The notes beneath the pieces were generated by a model, which saw only the letters and a program-made list of their open reading frames with translations, had not been told where the DNA came from and did no database searches. This document shows positions 1 to 6,326 of a stretch of 13,792 nt of DNA, piece by piece; the first letter of the stretch is position 1; the number at the start of each line of letters is the position of its first letter. The position numbers and the translations under genes were made by a program. Source of the DNA: Candidatus Thorarchaeota archaeon (GTDB lineage Archaea > Asgardarchaeota > Thorarchaeia > Thorarchaeales > Thorarchaeaceae); the NCBI GenBank assembly GCA_004524445.1, contig SDNP01000048.1, positions 1-13,792 of the forward strand, read 5' to 3'.

Positions 1-15
1 TTCAGAGGCATAAGC

Positions 16-420
16 ATGGACCTTCCCTCATCACTAGAACCCGACAGGATTCAGCCGAGTCAGCTCTATATATCACAGAAGAAACTCGACGCGGTTCTGA
101 GCCTCTTTGATGAGGCTAGAGAGCAAGAATTGGAGCCAATACCAATCAAGAGGTTGGATGATGAACTTGTCTCAACAGACGGCCATACACGGGGGCTTGC
201 GTGGTATCTGAATGGATACGAAAAAGTGCCAGTTGAAGTGGAAGCTATGGAGCTCGAATGGGAAGCATATGGAATCTGTGTTGAGTGGTGCAAATCCGAA
301 GGAATTGGATCAATACCGGATCTTCAAGATAGGGTCGTTGATCACAGGACGTACCAAAAGGTTTGGCTGGACAGATGTAGAATAATGCAGGATGAGCTTG
401 CAGAGAATCGTTCTCTATAG
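16..420 (+). CDS. ParB/sulfiredoxin-fold (ParB N-terminal-like) hypothetical protein
   Basis: 134-aa ORF with IQPSQ near the N-terminus, a 'LEPIPIK' strand and a 'TDGHTR' motif matching the ParB/Srx DGHxR signature. C-terminal CxxWC and RC. GAGG at 5-8 precedes the ATG. The frame is also open from position 1, so a longer N-terminus outside the window cannot be excluded. Confidence 0.65.
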   Translation: MDLPSSLEPDRIQPSQLYISQKKLDAVLSLFDEAREQELEPIPIKRLDDELVSTDGHTRGLAWYLNGYEKVPVEVEAMELEWEAYGICVEWCKSEGIGSIPDLQDRVVDHRTYQKVWLDRCRIMQDELAENRSL

Positions 421-440
421 GCAAGAAAATTTTCTTCCTA

Positions 441-457
441 CGAATAGAATTATAAGT
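441..457 (+). promoter_or_regulatory. Putative archaeal BRE+TATA promoter of the tusA-iscS-iscU operon
   Basis: Purine-rich CGAATAGAA immediately followed by TTATAAG (450-456), about 45 nt upstream of ATG 501. Confidence 0.55.
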
Positions 458-473
458 CAATAATTAACTATTG
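458..473. promoter_or_regulatory. Putative operator (16-bp near-palindrome) directly downstream of the TATA box
   Basis: CAATAaTTAAcTATTG is self-complementary at 14 of 16 positions and lies between the TATA box and the expected TSS. Confidence 0.4.
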
Positions 474-500
474 TGTACTGAGAAAGGTGTATATTTGGAG

Positions 501-746
501 ATGAACTCAGAAGAAGTAGATAGCGAGCTAGATTGTATAGGTCTATACTGTCCACAACCCTTATTTCAAACGCGGAAAGCAATTGATGAGTTGGAACCAG
601 GTCAGGTTCTGCAAGTTCTTTCAGACGACCCCGCAGCAAAATCAGATCTTGAGAGATTCTGCAAGCGGACAGGTCATGAGCTCCTCAGTTATGATAAGCT
701 TGGAGATGGAGTTCAGGTCTTTCTAATAAAGAAGAAGAGCGAATGA
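501..746 (+). CDS. tusA: TusA/SirA-family sulfur carrier protein
   Basis: LDCIGLYCPQP (CPxP persulfide motif), GQVLQVLSDDP and C-terminal VFLIKK; 81 aa, typical size. ATG 501 is preferred over the track's TTG 471 because AGGTG (485-489) and GGAG (497-500) precede it and the family begins here. The stop overlaps the iscS start (ATGA 743-746). Confidence 0.9.
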   Translation: MNSEEVDSELDCIGLYCPQPLFQTRKAIDELEPGQVLQVLSDDPAAKSDLERFCKRTGHELLSYDKLGDGVQVFLIKKKSE

Positions 747-1945
747 GAATGAGTGGCGCATTAGACGAGCAGGTGTATCTGGACTACCAATCAGCCAAAC
801 CTGTGGATAGACGAGTATTAGAGCAGATGACCCCATATTTCTCTGAGAAGTTTGGCAACCCATCTTCTCTGCATCATGTCGGCGATATAGCAACTGAAGC
901 ACTGGAGCAGAGCAGGAAAAAGGTATCCGAGTTCATTGGATCCGACATGGATGAGATAGTCTTCACCTCTGGTGCGACTGAATCTATCAATTTAGGGATT
1001 ATTGGCTTTGCCTTACGAAACAAGAGGAAGGGAAAGCATATTGTCATCTCAGAAGTGGAACACATTTCTATCAGAAACATAGCGAAGTATCTTGAGAAAG
1101 AAGGATTCTTGGTTTCAAGGGTTCCAGTTGACCAATACGGACAGGTAAAACTTGGAAAACTTGAGAGTAGACTCCGTGATGATACAATTCTTGTTTCTAT
1201 ACAATATGCAAACAATGAGATTGGTACTATTCAGAAGATACAAGAAATCGGAGAGATTGTTCACGACCATGGAGCCGCGCTACATACAGACGCAGTTGCA
1301 GCTGAAGGATTAGTACCCATTAATGTTGAGGCAGACAATATTGATTTGATGTCAATGTCGTCTAATGATATCTATGGTCCCAAGGGAGCAGGTTTCTTAT
1401 TCATGAGAAGGGGGTATAGAGTGAATCCACTCATAATAGGTGGAGGCCAAGAGAGGGGACTAAGGTCAGGAAGCGAAGATGTAGCATCCATTGTCGGTAT
1501 GTCCGCAGCAGCCGAGATTATCCAAAAGGAAATGAATGACGAAATAAAGCGGTTCAAGAAATATCGTGACCGAATTATCGATAGCGTCCTAAATGAAGTC
1601 CCTGACAGCTATCTAAATGGGCATCCCGAGGAGCGACTTCCAAACAACGCTCATTTCAGGTTTGACGGGATTGAGGGGGAGTCGATATTGCTTTCATTCA
1701 AAGATTTGGGTATTGCTATCTCCACAGGATCTGCATGCACTTCAAAGACCCTTGAACCCTCGCATTGTCTCATTGCCACAGGGTTACTTCATGAAGAGGC
1801 GCATGGTTCTCTTGAAATTACTGTGGGACGATACAACACAGATAACCACATAGACAAGGTAATAGATGCGGTTCCTAAAGTTGTATCACGACTACGCGAG
1901 CTATCTCCTATTTACACTCCAAAAGAAAAGGTGATGAGTAGATGA
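743..1945 (+). CDS. iscS: IscS/NifS-family cysteine desulfurase homologue, probably catalytically non-canonical (PLP Lys replaced by Asp)
   Basis: YLDY, GNPSSLH, FTSGATES, EH, ANNEIG, HTDA, YGPKG, GGGQERGLRSG and STGSACTS (Cys332) are all recognisable group I desulfurase motifs. The canonical SxHK is SSND (N208/D209). Confidence 0.92.
   Translation: MRMSGALDEQVYLDYQSAKPVDRRVLEQMTPYFSEKFGNPSSLHHVGDIATEALEQSRKKVSEFIGSDMDEIVFTSGATESINLGIIGFALRNKRKGKHIVISEVEHISIRNIAKYLEKEGFLVSRVPVDQYGQVKLGKLESRLRDDTILVSIQYANNEIGTIQKIQEIGEIVHDHGAALHTDAVAAEGLVPINVEADNIDLMSMSSNDIYGPKGAGFLFMRRGYRVNPLIIGGGQERGLRSGSEDVASIVGMSAAAEIIQKEMNDEIKRFKKYRDRIIDSVLNEVPDSYLNGHPEERLPNNAHFRFDGIEGESILLSFKDLGIAISTGSACTSKTLEPSHCLIATGLLHEEAHGSLEITVGRYNTDNHIDKVIDAVPKVVSRLRELSPIYTPKEKVMSR
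1929..1934 (+). promoter_or_regulatory. Shine-Dalgarno site of iscU
   Basis: AGGTGA 7 nt upstream of ATG 1942; ATGA overlap with the iscS stop. Confidence 0.7.
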
Positions 1946-2721
1946 AATCAACAGAATATTCAGAAAAAGTTCTCGACCATTTTAGAAACCCTAGGAACGT
2001 TGGTACACTTGAAGGTGATAATGTTGTACGCGGCAAAGTGGGCAATCCTACGTGTGGGGATATCATGGAGATATTCCTCGAGATTGATGACGATGTCATA
2101 AAGGATGCAAGATTCAGAACATTTGGGTGTGGTTCAGCCATAGCAACCACAAGCATGGCCACGGAGATGGTCAAAGGCATGACCATAGACGAAGCCTTGG
2201 AACTCACTCGCGCCGATGTGGCTGATGAACTAGACGGACTGCCGCCAATCAAGATGCACTGTTCAAATCTGGCGACTGAAGCACTTCACGAGGCCATCAA
2301 GAATTACAAGATGGGCAAAGGCGAAGCAGTCGTAATGGAACAGAAGGAGAAAGAGGAGGAACCCGAATGTGTTGTGGGGAAGGATGAATTCCTGGACAGA
2401 GGCGTCTACCTGTCTTGGATGGATACGAGTCAATTCGAAGACAAGCGAACTCTTGTATTGCACACCGGCGATGAATCCGTTGAAGCTGCACTTGAGCTGA
2501 CTGATGTAACTGACAGAGTAGTTCTATTGACCCCAGAACCAAGAATCGTTACAACCGATGAGTTGAAACAAGAACTTCGCAACTCGCCTGTCAAGGTGCT
2601 TTATGAATCACGACTGCTTGAAATCCGTGGAGAAGAAGAAGTAGAAAAAGCACTAATAGTGAACCTTGACGAAGATGAAGAATATGAACTCTTTGTCGAT
2701 GCCATCCTAATCATCGAATAG
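1942..2721 (+). CDS. iscU: IscU/NifU-N Fe-S scaffold fused to a degenerate thioredoxin-reductase (TrxB) NAD(P)H-domain-like C-terminus
   Basis: Residues 1-125 carry YSEKVLDHFRNPRN, NPTCGD (C38/D40), FGCGSAIA (C63) and LPPIKMHC (H106/C107). Residues ~143-259 follow the TrxB middle-domain pattern (GxxEFxxRGV...K.vlv..Gd.avEaAl.Lt...rV.l...V.vl.es.l.EI.G.eeV...l.n....e.el.VDai.i). Confidence 0.9.
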   Translation: MKSTEYSEKVLDHFRNPRNVGTLEGDNVVRGKVGNPTCGDIMEIFLEIDDDVIKDARFRTFGCGSAIATTSMATEMVKGMTIDEALELTRADVADELDGLPPIKMHCSNLATEALHEAIKNYKMGKGEAVVMEQKEKEEEPECVVGKDEFLDRGVYLSWMDTSQFEDKRTLVLHTGDESVEAALELTDVTDRVVLLTPEPRIVTTDELKQELRNSPVKVLYESRLLEIRGEEEVEKALIVNLDEDEEYELFVDAILIIE

Positions 2722-2852
2722 ATGAGAATTTGATAGTCACATGTTTCCCAATTGAATTCGTGGAGGTTACCCATAACTAGGCTAATAGGTAGTGTAGCCG
2801 TTTTGGCCCAACAGTCTATAGCGGTTTTCTGTAACTCCGTTGGCACCTGTTA

Positions 2853-4652
2853 TCAGATATCGTCAACAATATCGGGTACACCAATGTCTTCAATATCCAT
2901 TCCTTGCTTTTGGAGGTGGATGATGGAGAGCTCGTATGCCTTCAGTACATCCGTCTTTGTTAAGAAGCCAATCATTTTGTTGGGATTTTCGGGCGATGTG
3001 ACCACTGCATGTCCTTCATCTTGTTCCATCATAGCACGAAGAGCGCCATCCATTTTGCAGTCAGGCGATAACCGTAGAAATCTTGTGGTCATGATATCTC
3101 GTATTACTATATTTCCATCAGACTGAGTTTCATGAAAGAGGTCTTCTGCAATGATTGTGCCTATGATGCTGCCATCATAACCGATGACGGGGAATTTAGT
3201 GTGATGCGTATTGTCTATGATTTTCAAGACCATCTCAGGTGTCATATTTGGACTAAGAATTGTGGGATCTCTGGTCATTACCTCACCCACTTCGATTGCT
3301 TTCAATGCACCTACATGAACACCCCGCTGTAGGTTTACTCCTCTCCGAGTGAGTTTTATCGTATAAATACTCGAATCATCAATTAGCGATGAAATCAGAT
3401 AGGAAGCTGAAACCGCAGCCATAAGAGGAAGAATCATGATATAGTCGTGCGTCATTTCCATTATTATAACAATAGCCGTCACAGGTGCCTTTGCGCTTCC
3501 AGCCAGCATAGCAGCCATTCCAACCAATGCAAATGCCATTGGTTGTTGAATAATTCCAGGGAAGATAGCTGAAAGACCCAGCCCAAAGACAGCACCGAGA
3601 GCGGAGCCCATGAAGAGGATGGGACCGGAAACACCACCAGAGCCACCTGAACCGAGAGTGATGGATGTTGCAATAGCTTTTAGAATTGCAAACACCAGCA
3701 GAGACATAATACCTACAGTTCCCAGCAGTGTAGCATCAATGAACGGGCCACCCGCGCCCATAATAGCTGGGAAATACGGTTCTTCAGATCCAAAGCTCCC
3801 GTTATAGCCGAATACCTGTTCGAAATGTATTGCCAATATGCCCAATATTCCAACTAGCAGTCCGCCAAGGCCAGGCAAAATATACTTCGATGTTGGTAAG
3901 TGTTCAATACCAGTTTCAAAATGGTAAAATCCTCTGTTCCATACAACGCTTAAGACTCCAAAAGCAAGGCCAAGGAACAGAAAGAAAAGCAATGATATGG
4001 GATGTTGGTATGAAAAGAGGGGGGCCGTGAATGATGGAAACGGGCCTATCATCCAATATGTTATTGCTGTTGCGATTACCGATGAGAGGATGACAGGAAC
4101 AATTGAAAAGCCAACAATACCGCCGGCAATAACCTCAATTCCAAACAAGGTTCCTCCAAGTGGTGCATTAAACGTGGAGGCAATACCCGAAGATAGGCCA
4201 CAAACAAGAAGAGTCTTTCTTTCCTTCTTGTTGAGGTGAAATTGTTTCGCTATGACAGCTCCGATCCCGGCTCCTATTTGAGCAATTGGGCCCTCTTCAC
4301 CACACGAACCACCTGAGGAGATTGTCAATGCAGATGCAATAGTCTTGACAAAAGGAACTCGAGATCGCATCTTCCCGCCTTGAAGAGCATATGATGTCAG
4401 TACTTCAGGCACACCATGTCCCTTTGTTTCAGGTGCCAAGCGCAAGGTAAGAAGAGCCACAGCAAGGCCACCTATTACAGGAGCCACTATCCAGCCGAAT
4501 ACTCCAATGACTTTAGGAATCATAGTGAAGAGGTGACTTGATAATAGAACGAGGTGTCGGAATGCGACAGACATCAGCCCAGCAGCAGTTCCCACGATAG
4601 CCCCTAGAGTATATAGCTCTACACGTTCTTTGAGTATCTTCTTCCTAAGCAC
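2853..4652 (-). CDS. ClC-family chloride channel/transporter with C-terminal tandem CBS domains
   Basis: Filter motifs GHGVPEV, GGSCGEEGPIAQIG, FNAPLGG.LF.IE, GSGGSGGV, GMAA, APVT, EMT.DY and SIYT, then two CBS repeats (VGEVMTRDP..., IRDIMT..., IGFLTKTD). The track starts at 4775. GTG 4652 (GAGG 8 nt upstream) is preferred because the first 41 codons do not resemble ClC and overlap hairpin-rich intergenic DNA. The start is uncertain. Confidence 0.88.
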   Translation of the reverse strand: MLRKKILKERVELYTLGAIVGTAAGLMSVAFRHLVLLSSHLFTMIPKVIGVFGWIVAPVIGGLAVALLTLRLAPETKGHGVPEVLTSYALQGGKMRSRVPFVKTIASALTISSGGSCGEEGPIAQIGAGIGAVIAKQFHLNKKERKTLLVCGLSSGIASTFNAPLGGTLFGIEVIAGGIVGFSIVPVILSSVIATAITYWMIGPFPSFTAPLFSYQHPISLLFFLFLGLAFGVLSVVWNRGFYHFETGIEHLPTSKYILPGLGGLLVGILGILAIHFEQVFGYNGSFGSEEPYFPAIMGAGGPFIDATLLGTVGIMSLLVFAILKAIATSITLGSGGSGGVSGPILFMGSALGAVFGLGLSAIFPGIIQQPMAFALVGMAAMLAGSAKAPVTAIVIIMEMTHDYIMILPLMAAVSASYLISSLIDDSSIYTIKLTRRGVNLQRGVHVGALKAIEVGEVMTRDPTILSPNMTPEMVLKIIDNTHHTKFPVIGYDGSIIGTIIAEDLFHETQSDGNIVIRDIMTTRFLRLSPDCKMDGALRAMMEQDEGHAVVTSPENPNKMIGFLTKTDVLKAYELSIIHLQKQGMDIEDIGVPDIVDDI

Positions 4653-4802
4653 AGGTACAGCCTCATTCAATTCTGCTGTCTTTATGGTAAAATAAACATC
4701 AAATTCGTCCCCGGTCGAGGCAATTAAAAGGTTGTGCTTTAATATGCAATAGCTCAATACGGCGCTAGTAGACATATTAGTGCCGTTTTAGGGTGCAGCC
4801 AC

Positions 4803-4830
4803 TACATTGAGTATCATAGACCTCAATATA
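4803..4830 (-). terminator. Hairpin just downstream of the ADH stop (possible terminator or 3' stability element)
   Basis: Minus strand TATATTGAG-N10-CTCAATGTA forms a 9-bp stem with one G-U pair, 7 nt after the ADH stop codon. Confidence 0.35.
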
Positions 4831-4837
4831 TCTTCAT

Positions 4838-5947
4838 CTAGTCCCATGGCTTTATTACAGCCTTCACCGACTCTCTCCGTTCCTGAGTTTCTAATGCCTC
4901 TTGAGCCTCATCTAAGCTGAAGGTATGAGTGACCAGTTCTTCAAACGGAAATCGGTCATAGTGGGATGAGAGAACCCGTATTGCTTCATAGAGGTGCTTG
5001 GTTTCGGATCCCCAAACGGTTCTGACATCCAGATGTTTTCTATTCATAAGATGGGGATTAATTTCGACATCCCCGCCATCAGTGTATTGTCCGCAGATAG
5101 AGTATGCCCCGCCTTCTCGGACGAGGAGGATGCCTTCTCGGATTGCCAGTGGATTGCCGGTGGCCTCGTAAACTATGTCAGGACCATGGTCCTGTGTGAC
5201 GTTTCTAGTGAATTGGATTCTCTCTTCCAGAGATGTTGCTGAGAGGTCCAACGTGTGAGTTGCACCAAACTTCTTTGCCAGTTTCAAGCGATTCTCAGCT
5301 TGGTCTATTGAAACAATTGTAGACGCACCGCTAATGCTTGCAAGGATTGTAATCATAAGACCAACTGGGCCTGCACCTTGAACAACCACGTTCTTGCCGA
5401 ATTTCATTGGGCTACGGTTTACTGTATGAACAGCAGTTGGCATAGCACATCCGAGAGCACTCGCACCATCAAAGCTGACATGATTAGGGAGTTTAACAAT
5501 GTGCGTTCCAGGGGTGAGATACACATACTCAGCATAACCGCCAAGAAGATGCGGCCACTTCTCTGGGTTTCGCGTAATACCATAGACTTCTCGATTCGGG
5601 CATTTAGTAGGGTTTTTTGCGATTAAACAATGCCAGCAAGAATAGCACGTTTTTGTGACGTCATGGAAGACGACTCTGTCGCCCTTCTTGATGGTATCGC
5701 CATCGATATTCGTAACCTCAGTGGGGCCAACTTCTGCGATGGTGCCGACAACCTCATGTCCCAGAATCAGCGGATAAGGTACCCCTGACAACTTCCCATG
5801 CCATAGATGCACGTCGGTTCCACATACTCCAACATTAGCAACCTTCAGCAATGCAGAACCAGAAACAAGTTCAGGGATTTCATATTCACGAATCTCTAAA
5901 TCAGCATTAGGCTCAGGAACAACAGCGGCTCTTGCTTTTTTCGGCAT
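4838..5947 (-). CDS. Zinc-binding medium-chain alcohol dehydrogenase (MDR family), probably NAD-dependent
   Basis: VCGTD, LGHE, structural-Zn CxxCxxC...C (TCYSCWHC...KC), GCA third ligand, GAGPVG Rossmann motif followed by acidic 'ID', and C-terminal THTFSL...KAVIKP. SD GGGTGA upstream of the ATG. Confidence 0.92.
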   Translation of the reverse strand: MPKKARAAVVPEPNADLEIREYEIPELVSGSALLKVANVGVCGTDVHLWHGKLSGVPYPLILGHEVVGTIAEVGPTEVTNIDGDTIKKGDRVVFHDVTKTCYSCWHCLIAKNPTKCPNREVYGITRNPEKWPHLLGGYAEYVYLTPGTHIVKLPNHVSFDGASALGCAMPTAVHTVNRSPMKFGKNVVVQGAGPVGLMITILASISGASTIVSIDQAENRLKLAKKFGATHTLDLSATSLEERIQFTRNVTQDHGPDIVYEATGNPLAIREGILLVREGGAYSICGQYTDGGDVEINPHLMNRKHLDVRTVWGSETKHLYEAIRVLSSHYDRFPFEELVTHTFSLDEAQEALETQERRESVKAVIKPWD

Positions 5948-6099
5948 TGATTTTCACCCTTTTGGCCTGACGTAGCAGATACAAAGTGACTGATATAGAA
6001 TGGGATTGCGGAGGAACTCAAAAGCAATTGGTATAAATAATAAGAATAATATTGGAAAGCAGTATAGAATCCAAAATCTATAAACAGGATGTTAGAAAA

Positions 6100-6264
6100 A
6101 TGGGACTACATTGTCATGACATGAAAAAGGGACAGGTCTATACCTGCGAAGAGTGTGGACTTGAGATCAAAATAGTCAACGAGTGCACGGAATGCTGCGG
6201 TGATGATGGGCAATGCGGTTGCACATTTAGCTGCTGCGGTGAAGAACTCACACTCGTGGAATAG
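6100..6264 (+). CDS. Small Cys-rich metal-binding protein, desulforedoxin-like with a Cys-rich insertion
   Basis: 54 aa: MGLHCHDMKKGQVYTCEECGLEIKIVNECTECCGDDGQCGCTFSCCGEELTLVE. GxVYxCxxCG...CCGEE matches the desulforedoxin pattern; 10 Cys and 2 His. ATG 6100 is preferred over TTG 6052. TATA-like boxes at 6032-6039 and ~6078-6084. Confidence 0.8.
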   Translation: MGLHCHDMKKGQVYTCEECGLEIKIVNECTECCGDDGQCGCTFSCCGEELTLVE

Positions 6265-6280
6265 TAAAATCAATTTGAAT

Positions 6281-6321
6281 CAATATCCGGGCGGTAATAG
6301 AGAAATACTGCTTGGATATTG
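6281..6321 (+). terminator. 16-bp RNA hairpin in the 3' UTR of the Cys-rich gene (terminator/stability element)
   Basis: CAATATCCGGGCGGTA-atagagaaa-TACTGCTTGGATATTG gives 13 Watson-Crick and 3 G-U pairs on the + strand, followed by TATAGTTTT. Confidence 0.55.
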
Positions 6322-6326
6322 TATAG

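Noticed and set aside
16-1945. DNA phosphorothioation (Dnd/Ssp) locus suggested by a ParB-like gene + desulfurase + nearby nuclease
   Set aside because: No DndC/PAPS-reductase, DndD ATPase or DndE is present. The desulfurase is coupled to iscU/tusA and appears catalytically inactive.
743-1945. iscS as a pseudogene
   Set aside because: The ORF is full length, intact and translationally coupled, and substitutions are concentrated at PLP/substrate positions as in a known natural variant.
2752-3126. 124-aa + strand ORF and the other short track ORFs (e.g. 874-1215, 1908-2252, 6270-6503, 13310-13792)
   Set aside because: They are antisense or out-of-frame shadows of well-supported genes, with no recognisable motifs.
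4653-4775. ORF-track N-terminal extensions (ClC from 4775; also tusA from 471 and the Cys-rich gene from 6052)
   Set aside because: The extensions do not resemble the families and overlap promoter or hairpin sequence. Downstream starts have SD-like sites.
4653-4837. Fluoride riboswitch and Fluc/CLC-F fluoride exporter
   Set aside because: No GGCGAUGG...-type aptamer consensus is visible, and the ClC lacks CLC-F signatures (GNNLI/GMGLI, GREGT, GEVTP).
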